DNA of 41,640 nucleotides, from positions 1 through 41,640 of the forward strand of contig DAOVCL010000001.1 in assembly GCA_030670005.1 (NCBI GenBank), given 5' to 3'. Below the pieces are notes generated by a model, which was not told the DNA's origin, did not search any database, and saw nothing but the letters and a program-made list of their open reading frames with translations. Positions 1-9,725 of the stretch are shown here, piece by piece. This DNA is from Candidatus Zixiibacteriota bacterium (GTDB lineage: Bacteria; SM23-81; DAOVCL01). A program made the translations under genes and the position numbers. Position 1 is the stretch's first letter. Each line of letters opens with the position of its first letter.

Positions 1-120
1 GGTAATTTCACCACGGATAACAACGGACTATGCACAGAGAAACAGGTATCAGGAATCAGTTTACAGGGATCGGGAATAGCCAGCATAAGCTTAATTTTTA
101 ATTCTCAATTCTTAATTGCC

Positions 121-217
121 TTTTCCCGTGTGATTTCGTGAATTTCCGTGGTAAATTTAACTATTCGTGTAGATTCGTCTATTCGTGTCATTCGTGTTCT
201 ATCAGTGAAATCCGTGA
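121..217. repeat. Phased array of degenerate (A/T)TTC(C)GTG motifs
   Basis: CGTG cores start at 127, 137, 147, 166, 184, 193 and 213, with variants CGTC at 176 and CAGTG at 203. That is roughly one per 10 bp. The array lies directly 3' of the minus-strand receptor gene. The same motif occurs in the opposite orientation at 10491-10525. Confidence 0.6.
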
Positions 218-257
218 CCCTTGTTTGGTTGCGGCTTTGCCGCGCTGTGAACTGCTC

Positions 258-2951
258 TTAAAAGCTTACCGACAATCCAATCTGCACCTGCCTGGGTTCT
301 GAATAGAAGTCAGGCCTTACAAAATAGTCCTTGGCGGCATCCGCTCCAGCTACCCTCTGCTCAAGGGTGTAGGTTGCCGTTCCTGTATCCTCAAAGACCC
401 CATTCTCGTTCTTTGTATCCAACAGGTTATAGATGTTGGCGAAGATGGAAAAGCAAAAGCCACTAAGGCTGAAATCTTTGTGGGTTCTCAGATCAATGGA
501 AAACTTATCCGGTCTGCGCTCGCTGTTCTCCCTCAGGCCAACGGAGAGGGTCCTCCCAACCTGAACCCCCTGGATTATCCTGGGGGTGTAGGGTAATCCA
601 GTGCTATACCTTCCTATAAGCCCTATGCTCCAGATATGGGTGCCCAGGATGAGGGAGGCATTGAAGGTGTGTTTTTGATCCCAAGCAAGGGGAATGACCT
701 GTTTTCTTAGTTCCCGGCCTGCCCTGGCGTCGTTAAAGGCATCGTCGGGGTTTGAGGCTGTCCCTTCGGCTATCTGAAAGGTATAATCCACAGTAGCCGA
801 AACATAGTTGGAGGGCCTCTTATTCAGGGAGAGAGTTATCCCCCTCACGTTGGCATACTCCCGGTTGACATACTTGCTATACTTCGTCCCAGGAATTGCC
901 GTATTTATCTCCGGGCTTGTCCCCACCCAATTCCTTATGTCCCTATAAAACAAGGTTACATCTGCACCGATATTATCTGAGAGCTGCTGTTGCAGGCCGA
1001 TCTCATACATCACCGTCCTCTGGACGTCCAGATCGGCATTTCCGATGATTGTGCTCACCCCAGTGGTGCGGGGAACTTCAAACTCGGAGTTAGCATACAG
1101 GTATTCAAAGGGAGGGATCTGGAGAAAATGGCCATAGGAGAAGTGGATTACCCCCCTGTCGGTTATGGGGTAGGCAATCCCTATCCTGGGAGAAAGCTGC
1201 ATCTTTGGCTTGGCATCCTTATACCAGATCTTCTCCCTTTCCGCCAGGCTCATCACGCTATCGTGATGCTCTGGCTTGAAGGGATAGTGGATATTGGGGT
1301 CTTGAGGATCCCGGAGAACCTTGCCATCGGGCTGGAAATAGTCATATCTGAGTCCAGCATTTATGATCATATCCTTATATTCAATCTTGTCCTGGATATA
1401 AGCAGAGAACTCCTTGGGCCTATGGGTATACTGGTTATGATTGGGCGCAGTAATGGGGGGAATTGTCGGTTGGAATGGAGTGATCTCACCACTTTCATCC
1501 CTCTTAGGGATGATCTCGAAATCGTGCAGGTAAAGTTTATGAAACCTCATCTCCACCCCGGACCTGACCTGATGGGTAGAGGTTACTTGACTGGTTAGGT
1601 CAAACTTACCCACGGTGGTAGTGGTGTTACGGTGAAAATGCTGCATCTTCGTCCCCCCGGAGGCAAAATTATAAGGGGGGGCATCCATAGAATCGGGATG
1701 CACATAACGGGGGTCAAGAGAGTCTTCGTAGACATAGTGTTGGTAGTCGGAGAAGAACTTGGATATGTTCAGGGTGTAGAAGGCCTTTGAGCTTAAGGTA
1801 TGGGTCAGGGAAAAGAGGTGATTGTATCCCTTTCTGAATCTCTTGAAATCTCCATCCGGATTGTATCTGAAGTAGTGGTCATAGTCCCTGTATTTGGTTC
1901 TGTCCCACATATATCCATAGCTCAACCTTATGGAGGGGGATAACCTCCAGGTCAGCTTAAGCTGGGAGGAGACCTTCCGGCGGTAGTTCATGGGAATGAT
2001 CTTGTAATCCCCCTTCTTCCTAAAGGGTGTAAACTTCCGCTGGCCATAGAGCCAGCCATCGTTATAGAAATATCTTCCGGTGGCATAAAAGCTAAGCTTA
2101 TTACGGAAAAAGGGGAGGGGACCGCTCAAACTCCCCTGAAGATTCTCCATAGCCAATGGATCAACCTTGTCTATATCAAGAAAGGTCTCCTTGTGGTTGC
2201 TCAGGTAATCGCCTGAGTAGGCCGAGAGTTTTCCGCTGTATTTCTCCCCACCCTCTTTAGTTACTATATTTACCACCCCAGACATTGCCTGTCCATATTC
2301 GGCATTAAAGGTTCCGCTGACCACTTGGAGCTCCTGGATGGCCGCATTTTCTACCTCCACGGCCAATCCACAGTCATAGGCATCGGTTACGGAGACGCCA
2401 TCTATCCAATAGGCAACTTCGTTTGAGCGTCCACCCCTGATATGGGTTTCACCAAACCCTCCCACGGTTATCCCCGCCTGAAGTTGGAGGATATCCCTGA
2501 ACTCCTCTGCGGGTATGTTGGCGATCTGCTCAGAGGTAACTATGGCCGTGGATGATGTTAGATCGGGCCTGATTATCCTCCTTTCGGCGACCACTGTAAT
2601 CACCTTGCCAATCTCCAGAACCGTGGATTCAAGCTTGAAATCAACCTCTGTGGTGAGGTCAATGGAAACCCTCACATTCTTAACCTCTGTAGGCTTATAT
2701 CCCATCATTGAGGCCTTAAGGGTGTAGACCCCAGGCCGGACATTTAAGATCACAAAATACCCCTTCAGATCGGTGGCTGCCCCCAAAGTTGTCCCCTCCA
2801 CAATCATATTTACCCCGGGCAAGGGTTCCCCCGTTTGGCTATCGGTAACCCTCCCGGAGATCTTCCCCGTTATCCCCGCCCACAAGGGAACGGAGCCAAG
2901 GGTTATGATCAAAAAAAGTAAGAAAGCAGAGAACTTCTTTATTCTTCTCAT
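258..2951 (-). CDS. TonB-dependent receptor-like outer-membrane beta-barrel with N-terminal carboxypeptidase-regulatory-like domain
   Basis: Internal ATG at 2951 is preceded by GAGGAGGAGGAG. Signal peptide MRRIKKFSAFLLFLIITLGSVPLWAG. CarboxypepD_reg-like segment GKISGRVTDSQTGEPLPGVNMIVEG...GVYTLKASMMGYK. Plug-like region followed by a long barrel ending in ...QIGLSVSF with a terminal aromatic residue. Confidence 0.85.
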   Translation of the reverse strand: MRRIKKFSAFLLFLIITLGSVPLWAGITGKISGRVTDSQTGEPLPGVNMIVEGTTLGAATDLKGYFVILNVRPGVYTLKASMMGYKPTEVKNVRVSIDLTTEVDFKLESTVLEIGKVITVVAERRIIRPDLTSSTAIVTSEQIANIPAEEFRDILQLQAGITVGGFGETHIRGGRSNEVAYWIDGVSVTDAYDCGLAVEVENAAIQELQVVSGTFNAEYGQAMSGVVNIVTKEGGEKYSGKLSAYSGDYLSNHKETFLDIDKVDPLAMENLQGSLSGPLPFFRNKLSFYATGRYFYNDGWLYGQRKFTPFRKKGDYKIIPMNYRRKVSSQLKLTWRLSPSIRLSYGYMWDRTKYRDYDHYFRYNPDGDFKRFRKGYNHLFSLTHTLSSKAFYTLNISKFFSDYQHYVYEDSLDPRYVHPDSMDAPPYNFASGGTKMQHFHRNTTTTVGKFDLTSQVTSTHQVRSGVEMRFHKLYLHDFEIIPKRDESGEITPFQPTIPPITAPNHNQYTHRPKEFSAYIQDKIEYKDMIINAGLRYDYFQPDGKVLRDPQDPNIHYPFKPEHHDSVMSLAEREKIWYKDAKPKMQLSPRIGIAYPITDRGVIHFSYGHFLQIPPFEYLYANSEFEVPRTTGVSTIIGNADLDVQRTVMYEIGLQQQLSDNIGADVTLFYRDIRNWVGTSPEINTAIPGTKYSKYVNREYANVRGITLSLNKRPSNYVSATVDYTFQIAEGTASNPDDAFNDARAGRELRKQVIPLAWDQKHTFNASLILGTHIWSIGLIGRYSTGLPYTPRIIQGVQVGRTLSVGLRENSERRPDKFSIDLRTHKDFSLSGFCFSIFANIYNLLDTKNENGVFEDTGTATYTLEQRVAGADAAKDYFVRPDFYSEPRQVQIGLSVSF

Positions 2952-3288
2952 CTCCTCCTCCTCTTTTAGAGAAATAATAATAAATCGCGCCAAGGACGTC
3001 AACAGAAATATCTTCTCAACCACATTTTTTGTTATCAGATAGGGTAATCGATTGATTTTAACTATGCATACCAGAATTCTCAACGGCCTGAGAGTTCGAA
3101 GAAAATTCTAAAGTTCGGGGATTTAACCCGAATTATTTATAAATTTCAGCCCCGAAGGCACTAAATCACTAAGAATACAAAGCCAAAAAGTGGTTCGATA
3201 TTTCGGGGCTTGGTGGCAAAGAGGGGCTATCGCCCTATCCCCTGAAGGAGGATGATGATCCATCTGCCCAAAACTCCACTAAAACAGA

Positions 3289-4668
3289 CTATGCTCCCTC
3301 CTCTATGGCCGGTTCCTCCTCTACGAATGCTGGATTCTCGAACTTAGCATATTCGTCGATGAAGGCCAGCTTGACGCTTCCAGTGGGTCCATTGCGCTGT
3401 TTGCCGATTATTATCTCCGCCACCCCCTGTAGTGGATTTCCCTTTCTGTCCTGGAGGATGCCATAGATCTCCGGCCTGTAGATGAAGAGAACCAGATCGG
3501 CATCCTGTTCAATAGCCCCAGACTCCCTCAGATCGGACAATTGTGGTCGGTGCTCCTTCCCCCTTACCTCCACCTGGCGGGAAAGCTGGGAGAGGGCCAC
3601 AACCGGCACATCCAACTCCTTGGCCAGACCCTTGAGGGAGCGACAGATGGTGGAGATCTCCTGCTGCCGGTTCTCCGCTCCCTTAGGGCCCTGCATAAGC
3701 TGGAGGTAGTCCAGGATCACCATCCCAATATTATGAGAGGACTTGAGCCTCCTGGCCTTGGCCCTCATCTCCAATACCCCTATAGCCGGGGTATCATCAA
3801 TAAATAGGGGGGCCTCGGAGAGAGGACCTACGGCTATGGAGAGCCTGGGCCAGTCCCTGTTGGGCAACCTTCCGGTGCGGAGAAGGTGAGAGTCCACCCT
3901 GGCCTCCGAGCAAAGCATCCTCTGCACCAACTGGCTCTTAGACATCTCCAAGCTGAATACGGCTACCGGGAGCCTCTCTTTAATGGACACATATTGTGCT
4001 ATGGAAAGGGAGAGGGCCGTCTTGCCCATTGAGGGACGGCCGGCGATGATCACCAGATCTGATTTTTGGAAGCCAGAGGTGAGGGAATCCAATTCCTTGA
4101 AGCCGGAGGGAATGCCGGTGACAAATCCTTCCCTCTTATGAAACTCCTCTATGGCCTCAAAGGTGTGGGGAAGAATCTCCCCTATATGAACAAATCCACC
4201 CCTCATCCGGCTCTCCGAGAGGTTGAATATCTGCTGTTCGGCCTTGTCCAGGAGGTTATCGGCCTCCACCTGAGGCTGATAGCATTCGGTGACTATCCCC
4301 GTGGCTACATCGGCCAACTTTCTTAAGGTGGCCTTCTCTAAGACGATGCGGGCGTAGTATTCCAGATTGGCAGCCGTTGGGGTGGACTCCAAAAGGTTCA
4401 TCAAGTAGACCCTTCCCCCGGCCTCCTTCAATTTTCTTCTCTTCCTCAGCTCATGGGTAAGGGTGATCAGGTCTACTGGCTTATTCGCGTCATAGAGAGT
4501 GATTATAGCCTGGAAGATTTGCTGATGTTCCACTCTATAAAAGCAGCTCTCATCGAGTAGCACCACGGCCTTTCCTATGGCCTCTTTGCTCAGGAGCATA
4601 GCCCCCAGAACTGACTGTTCTGCCTCGACTGCCTGGGGAGGCAATCTCTCTCCACTTGGTTCAATCAT
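3289..4668 (-). CDS. dnaB: Replicative DNA helicase DnaB
   Basis: N-terminal PPQAVEAEQSVLGAMLL. Walker A GRPSMGKTALSL. C-terminal RecA-like motifs (SLEMS, IIGKQRNGPTG). 459 aa, a typical length. Confidence 0.95.
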   Translation of the reverse strand: MIEPSGERLPPQAVEAEQSVLGAMLLSKEAIGKAVVLLDESCFYRVEHQQIFQAIITLYDANKPVDLITLTHELRKRRKLKEAGGRVYLMNLLESTPTAANLEYYARIVLEKATLRKLADVATGIVTECYQPQVEADNLLDKAEQQIFNLSESRMRGGFVHIGEILPHTFEAIEEFHKREGFVTGIPSGFKELDSLTSGFQKSDLVIIAGRPSMGKTALSLSIAQYVSIKERLPVAVFSLEMSKSQLVQRMLCSEARVDSHLLRTGRLPNRDWPRLSIAVGPLSEAPLFIDDTPAIGVLEMRAKARRLKSSHNIGMVILDYLQLMQGPKGAENRQQEISTICRSLKGLAKELDVPVVALSQLSRQVEVRGKEHRPQLSDLRESGAIEQDADLVLFIYRPEIYGILQDRKGNPLQGVAEIIIGKQRNGPTGSVKLAFIDEYAKFENPAFVEEEPAIEEGA

Positions 4669-4672
4669 TCAA

Positions 4673-5368
4673 TCACCCCCTCTCCAACTGGGTACATAGA
4701 AGCTTCAGATCCTCCCAGGCCGGCCTCTTCAGATGGGGATTACGCAGCAGTGCAGCAGGATGGTAGGTAACCAAAAGTCTTCTACTCCTGAATGGATGCA
4801 AGAATCCCCTCAGCTCTCCCAGGCTTCGCCTGGTATCCAAAAGGGTCTGAGCAGCAATCCTGCCCAGGGCACAGATGACCAAGGGATCAATTATCTCTAT
4901 CTGCTGATCCAAATAGGGACGGCAAAGTGCTACCTCGGAGGGAAGCGGATCCCGGTTGCCTGGTGGTCGACATTTGAGTATGTTTGCTATGTAAATATCC
5001 TCCCTCGTCAAGTCTATGGCCCCGAGCATCTTAGTGAGAAGCTGCCCAGCCCTTCCCACAAATGGCCGGCCAAGGCGGTCCTCATCTCCCCCGGGCGCCT
5101 CCCCCACAAAGATAATCTCGGCCTGGGGGTTCCCCTCCCCAAACACCAGGTTCTTCCTGGACTTAGCCAGCGGACACCTCTGACAATCCTTTATCCTCTC
5201 GTAAAACTCTTCCAATCTGCAACGAGAGGAGTCTTCCGGCTTGGGAGGGGGAAAAGGCGAGGAGAAATATACTTCCTTATAGCCCAGCTCCATCTGCTGG
5301 GTTATGTACCTCTGAAGAAGGCAGAGGGTCTCTTGGTCTACTTGAGAATCTCGGCTATCCGATCCCAT
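4673..5368 (-). CDS. Uracil-DNA glycosylase, family 4 (Fe-S type)
   Basis: Motif A GEAPGGDEDRLGRPFVGRAGQLL, ANILKCRPPGNRDP, motif B HPAALLRNP, and cysteines CQRCPL...C...C. The ATG at 5368 overlaps the coaBC 3' end by 31 nt; an alternative ATG lies at 5293. Confidence 0.85.
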   Translation of the reverse strand: MGSDSRDSQVDQETLCLLQRYITQQMELGYKEVYFSSPFPPPKPEDSSRCRLEEFYERIKDCQRCPLAKSRKNLVFGEGNPQAEIIFVGEAPGGDEDRLGRPFVGRAGQLLTKMLGAIDLTREDIYIANILKCRPPGNRDPLPSEVALCRPYLDQQIEIIDPLVICALGRIAAQTLLDTRRSLGELRGFLHPFRSRRLLVTYHPAALLRNPHLKRPAWEDLKLLCTQLERG

Positions 5369-6531
5369 ATCCTTTCGGCTACCTCCAACTTGGGTAGTTT
5401 GGGCAAGGGCTCAGTCCTCCCATCCCTCCAGATCAGGGTGACCACATTTGACTCCACCTCAAAGCCTGCCCCCTCCTGAGTGGGGTCGTTAAGCACGATG
5501 AGGTCAAGGTTTTTCTCCTCCAGCTTCCTTTTGGCTCTGTCTAAGCTATTTCCTGTTTCTAAGGCAAAACCAACCAATATCTTATCTCCTTTTATCTCAC
5601 CCATCTCTTTAAGTATATCCGGGGTGGGCTCAAGTTTTAAGCTGAGCTCTCCCCTACTTAGCTTCTTCTGATGCAGGCTCTGGGGCTTAAAATCGGCCAC
5701 GGCGGCAGCCATCACCAGAATGTCCCCCTCCCTAAAGGTATCTTTCACCTTTTCCCTCATCTCCTGAGTTGTGCGCACCCGCTGGAGATTTACCCCAAAA
5801 GGGGGAGGAAGGATTGAGGGACCACTGATCAGGGTGACTTCACCTCCCCGCCAATTGGCCACCTGGGCCAGGCTATAGCCCATCCTCCCTGATGAACGGT
5901 TGGTTAAAACCCTCACTGGGTCCAAATCCTCCTCTGTCCTCCCAGCGGTGACCACCACCTTTTTGCCCAAGAGATTCCTTTTTGGATAAAGGACTTCTTT
6001 AATTTTTCCTATTATCTCTTCAATCTGTGCAAATCTACCTTTTCCAATCTTTCCTGAAGCTAGCTCTCCATAGCCCGGTCCAACGAAGTGAAATCCAAGT
6101 TCCATAAGCCTTTTGGAGTTGGACTGTAGAATGGGGTTCTCCCACATACCTGAATTCATTGCTGGACATACTATGATTGTGGCCTGGGAGGCTAAGGTTA
6201 AGGCGGTGAGAAGATCGCCAGCCAGTCCCAGGGAGAGCTTGGAGATGATGTCTGCCGTGGCCGGAGCGACAAGGACCAGTTCTCCCCATTGAGCAAGGCT
6301 TATGTGCTCAGGATCCCATCGCCCCTCCGGGCCAAAGAGGTTGGTATAAACAGGATTGCCGGAGAGGACCTGAAAGGTAAGGGGACTGACAAACTCCTGG
6401 GCGGCCTCGGTCATCACTACCTTCACCTCTGCTCCCCCCCTCTTCAGCTCACGCACCAGCTCTCCCGCCTTATAAGCGGCGATGCTGCCTGTAATACCAA
6501 CTATTATTCGCTTGTTCTGTAAAGGATCCAT
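5338..6531 (-). CDS. coaBC: Bifunctional phosphopantothenoylcysteine decarboxylase / phosphopantothenate-cysteine ligase
   Basis: N-terminal flavoprotein domain (IIVGITGSIAAYKA, PAMNSGMW) fused to a CoaB ligase domain (ITSGPTxE-like VVVTAGRTEEDLDPVRVLTNRSSGRMG, AAAVADF). 397 aa. Confidence 0.92.
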   Translation of the reverse strand: MDPLQNKRIIVGITGSIAAYKAGELVRELKRGGAEVKVVMTEAAQEFVSPLTFQVLSGNPVYTNLFGPEGRWDPEHISLAQWGELVLVAPATADIISKLSLGLAGDLLTALTLASQATIIVCPAMNSGMWENPILQSNSKRLMELGFHFVGPGYGELASGKIGKGRFAQIEEIIGKIKEVLYPKRNLLGKKVVVTAGRTEEDLDPVRVLTNRSSGRMGYSLAQVANWRGGEVTLISGPSILPPPFGVNLQRVRTTQEMREKVKDTFREGDILVMAAAVADFKPQSLHQKKLSRGELSLKLEPTPDILKEMGEIKGDKILVGFALETGNSLDRAKRKLEEKNLDLIVLNDPTQEGAGFEVESNVVTLIWRDGRTEPLPKLPKLEVAERIWDRIAEILK

Positions 6532-6790
6532 TAGATCTTTCTTCTCCGCAGAATCTCATGGAGTTACCAAGCTACTATGAACTTGACGCCCTGCAGGCAG
6601 ACCCTATAGGACGCAGATTAACGCAGATCCTTAGGATCTATAAAAATTGTCCTGCAAAATCTGAGTCCAAAATGGAAATTTCTATACTATTCAATTACCT
6701 TTCATTTTAACTTGTTAATTGCTAATTGACCATTGCCAATTGATAAGTCTGCGGGGTCTATTTAACATCAACCCTTCTCAAGGGTAAGCT

Positions 6791-7312
6791 CTAATCTTTC
6801 CTTGGGAATCTCCTCCTCAAATATTCCAGAACCTCATCCCCTCCCCCTTTTCTCATCCTCAAGATCTCCACCTCAGGGCGAGCCTTCACCATCTCCACAA
6901 AAGGGTGGTTCCCCCAATAAATCGTCCCCAGAAGTGGCTTGGGGGAGTCCAGGCATTTAATCACCACCTCCCTGAATTGAGGAGAGAGAAGCTCCATATT
7001 CCCCACCTCATCAATAACCAAAAGCTCGGCCTGCACTAAAGCCTTCTCTAAGGCCTTGACACCAATGAGATTCAGGTCCTTCAGGTTCACCCCATATCTT
7101 CCCACTCTGGGCCTGCCCTTTATCCCAATATGTGCCAGTATCCCCTCCCTTCCATCAAAGGTGACTATCTTAAACCCCTCTCTCCCCTTCCCCCTTATCT
7201 CCTGGGTATAGAAACCTCCGGTTGTCAGTTTCGTCCCAGCGATGAACCTTTGAATCACCGTAGTCTTTCCACACCCAGGCTGACCAGAGATAAACAGCTT
7301 TACTCCCCTCAA
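6791..7312 (-). CDS. THEP1/COG1618-type P-loop nucleoside-triphosphatase
   Basis: ISGQPGCGKTT Walker A, GFYTQEIR...REGFKIVT, VGRYGVN and VIDEVGNMEL match my recollection of Aquifex THEP1. TTG start forms a TTGA overlap with the purH stop. Confidence 0.8.
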   Translation of the reverse strand: MRGVKLFISGQPGCGKTTVIQRFIAGTKLTTGGFYTQEIRGKGREGFKIVTFDGREGILAHIGIKGRPRVGRYGVNLKDLNLIGVKALEKALVQAELLVIDEVGNMELLSPQFREVVIKCLDSPKPLLGTIYWGNHPFVEMVKARPEVEILRMRKGGGDEVLEYLRRRFPRKD

Positions 7313-8835
7313 TGCCTGAAATGTCTAACTCCGGTAAAGATCATAGCCAGCCCACATTCATCTGCGGCAGCTATCGCCTCCCCATCCCTCTTTGAGCCTC
7401 CAGGCTGGATTATGGCCTTCACCCCCGCTCTGGCCGCCTCATAAACCCCATCTCTCATTGGGAAGAAGGCATCTGAGGCTAAAACCGAGCCTTTAGCTCT
7501 CTCCCCTGCCTTGCGTGCTGAGATAATCACGGCATCCACCCTGCTCGGCTGGCCTGCCCCTATGCCCACCGTCTTTTTATCCTGAACCAGAACTATGGCA
7601 TTCGATTTTATATGTTTCACCACCTGGAAGGCAAAGAGAAGCGAATTCATCTCTTCGGGAGTAGGTTTTCTCTTGGTGACCACCCGCAGATCGTCTATTG
7701 AGACGAACCTTAAGTCCTCATCCTGGAGGAGAACTCCTCCCCTGACAAATCTCAACTCTTCCCTTGGTCCTCTCTTCAACTCCCCACAGCGCAAGAACCT
7801 GCGGTTCTTCTTCTGTTTCAAAAGATTTAAAGCTTCAGATTCATAATCAGGGGCTAAGCAACACTCCACAAACCTGGTTTGGTCAATCAAGCGGGCAGTC
7901 TCCGGGTCAACCTTGCGGTTTAAGCCGATTACGGAGCCATAGGCGGATAATGGATCACATTCCAAGGCCTCCCGGTAGGCCTGGGCCAGGGTAGAGGACG
8001 ATGCTGCACCACAGGGGCTGGCGTGTTTGAAGATGGCGACAAAGGGCTGCTCAAAGTCGAGAATCATCCCCAGGGCCACATCCAGATCTCTCAGGTTGTT
8101 AAAGGAGAGTGGCTTGCCAGAAAGCTTCTCCGAGGCTCCCAGACTCGTCCCTCCAGAAGTAGGATCCCGATAGAAACTCGCCTTCTGATGCGGGTTCTCC
8201 CCATATCTTAGCTCCTCAACCTTCTGGAAGTGCAGATCTAAGAAGGGCGGTGAATCACCTGCCAGATACCGATAGATCAGGCGGTCATACTCCTGAGTAA
8301 GGTGAAAGGCCTCCTGGGCCAGCTTGAGCCTGGTTTGGGGGGAGAGTTCCCCATTTTTTGCCTTTAGCTCTGAGAGGACCCCCCCATATTGGGCCGGGCT
8401 GGTGAGCACGGCCACTCCGTGGTAGTTCTTGGCCGCTGCCCTTACCGCAGAGGGACCACCAATATCAATAGCCTCTAATACTTCATCAAGGGAAACTTGA
8501 GGTCTTTGGCTTATTTCCTTAAAAGGATAAAAGTTACAGATAACCATATCAATTGGCCCAATCCCCCTCTCTTCCAGCTCCTTGAGATGCTCCTTGTCCG
8601 ACCTGTCAGCCAATATACCTGCATAGACAATTGGGTGAAGGCTCTTCACCCTACCCCCAAGGATGGAGGGCCAACCAGTGAGTTCCTCCAGGTCCTTGAC
8701 CCCTACTCCAGCCCTGCGGAGGGAATCGGCAGTTCCGCCTGTGGAGATTATCTCTACCCCTAAGCCCTTTAACCCCAAGGTGAACTCGGCTAACCCATCT
8801 TTGTTATAGACGGTTATAAAGGCCCTTTTTATCAA
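7309..8835 (-). CDS. purH: Bifunctional AICAR transformylase / IMP cyclohydrolase
   Basis: MGS-like N-terminus (ISTGGTADSL...GRVKSLHP) and an AICARFT C-terminal domain (KHxxSNAIV, GAGQPSRVD, FTGVRHFRH end). 508 aa. Confidence 0.95.
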   Translation of the reverse strand: MIKRAFITVYNKDGLAEFTLGLKGLGVEIISTGGTADSLRRAGVGVKDLEELTGWPSILGGRVKSLHPIVYAGILADRSDKEHLKELEERGIGPIDMVICNFYPFKEISQRPQVSLDEVLEAIDIGGPSAVRAAAKNYHGVAVLTSPAQYGGVLSELKAKNGELSPQTRLKLAQEAFHLTQEYDRLIYRYLAGDSPPFLDLHFQKVEELRYGENPHQKASFYRDPTSGGTSLGASEKLSGKPLSFNNLRDLDVALGMILDFEQPFVAIFKHASPCGAASSSTLAQAYREALECDPLSAYGSVIGLNRKVDPETARLIDQTRFVECCLAPDYESEALNLLKQKKNRRFLRCGELKRGPREELRFVRGGVLLQDEDLRFVSIDDLRVVTKRKPTPEEMNSLLFAFQVVKHIKSNAIVLVQDKKTVGIGAGQPSRVDAVIISARKAGERAKGSVLASDAFFPMRDGVYEAARAGVKAIIQPGGSKRDGEAIAAADECGLAMIFTGVRHFRH

Positions 8836-9725
8836 TTTATTCCCCCTCCTGTTAGCCTGCTTAATGCCTCCTCATATCTTCCCCTAAGCTCCTCCACCAA
8901 TTGAGCTGGAAGTTCAGGAGCCGGAGCCATTCCCTTCCATCCTATGGAACGAAGATACTCCCTTAGATACTCCTTGTCAAAGCTCTTCTGAGCCCTCCCT
9001 GGTTGGTATTCATCTTGAGGCCAATATCGTGAGGAGTCCGGGGAGAGGGCCTCATCTATCCAGAGGATTTCCCCATTCAGGAGGCCGAACTCAAATTTTG
9101 TGTCGGCCAAAATCAACCCCTTGGAGAGTGAATAGGCCAAGGCCTCCCGGTAGAGACGAAGGCTTGTTTGCTTGAGCATCTCTGCCCTCTCCTCCCCGAT
9201 TAGCCCCACTAACTGAGAAAAGCTAATGTTCTGGTCATGGCCGCTGGTTGCTTTGGTGGTAGGGGTAAAGATTGGTTGGGGAAGCCGCTCAGCCTCCCTC
9301 AGACCATTGGGAAGCTTAACCCCGCAGATTCCCCCCCTTTCCCTGTATTCCCTCCAGCCCGATCCGGCCAGATAACCCCTCACAATGCACTCCACATCAA
9401 TCCTTTTGGTCTTGGTCACCAGCATCGATCTTCCGGAGAGGATTTCCTCATATCCTTTCAAATGATTTGGATACTCCCTGATATTAGAGGCCAATAGATG
9501 ATTTTTAATAATTTTTTTCAGGTATCTAAACCAAAAGAGGGAGAACTGGGTGAGGATCTTCCCCCTCCCGGGTATAGGGGTGGGAAGAACGGAGTCAAAG
9601 GCCGAGATCCTGTCTGTGGCCACAATCAATAACCTGGAACCAAGGTCAAAGATCTCCCTCACCTTTCCTCTGGCAAACCTCTTAAGGCCAGGGATCTTAA
9701 CCTCTGTTAGGGAAACTTCCTCCAA
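8832..9725 (-). CDS. purC: Phosphoribosylaminoimidazole-succinocarboxamide (SAICAR) synthase
   Basis: GKVREIFD, LLIVATDRISAFD, LILADTKFEFG, DEALSPDSSRYW. The called start is TTG and overlaps purN. Confidence 0.9.
   Translation of the reverse strand: MEEVSLTEVKIPGLKRFARGKVREIFDLGSRLLIVATDRISAFDSVLPTPIPGRGKILTQFSLFWFRYLKKIIKNHLLASNIREYPNHLKGYEEILSGRSMLVTKTKRIDVECIVRGYLAGSGWREYRERGGICGVKLPNGLREAERLPQPIFTPTTKATSGHDQNISFSQLVGLIGEERAEMLKQTSLRLYREALAYSLSKGLILADTKFEFGLLNGEILWIDEALSPDSSRYWPQDEYQPGRAQKSFDKEYLREYLRSIGWKGMAPAPELPAQLVEELRGRYEEALSRLTGGGIN

Noticed and set aside
990-1598. 202-aa plus-strand ORF, and similar long antisense ORFs: 4733-5479, 9550-10167, 17025-17594, 17700-18101, 28727-29134, 29439-29900, 31710-32159.
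   Set aside because: Each lies entirely antisense to a well-supported minus-strand gene. They have no recognisable motifs, and their low-complexity composition is typical of shadow ORFs.
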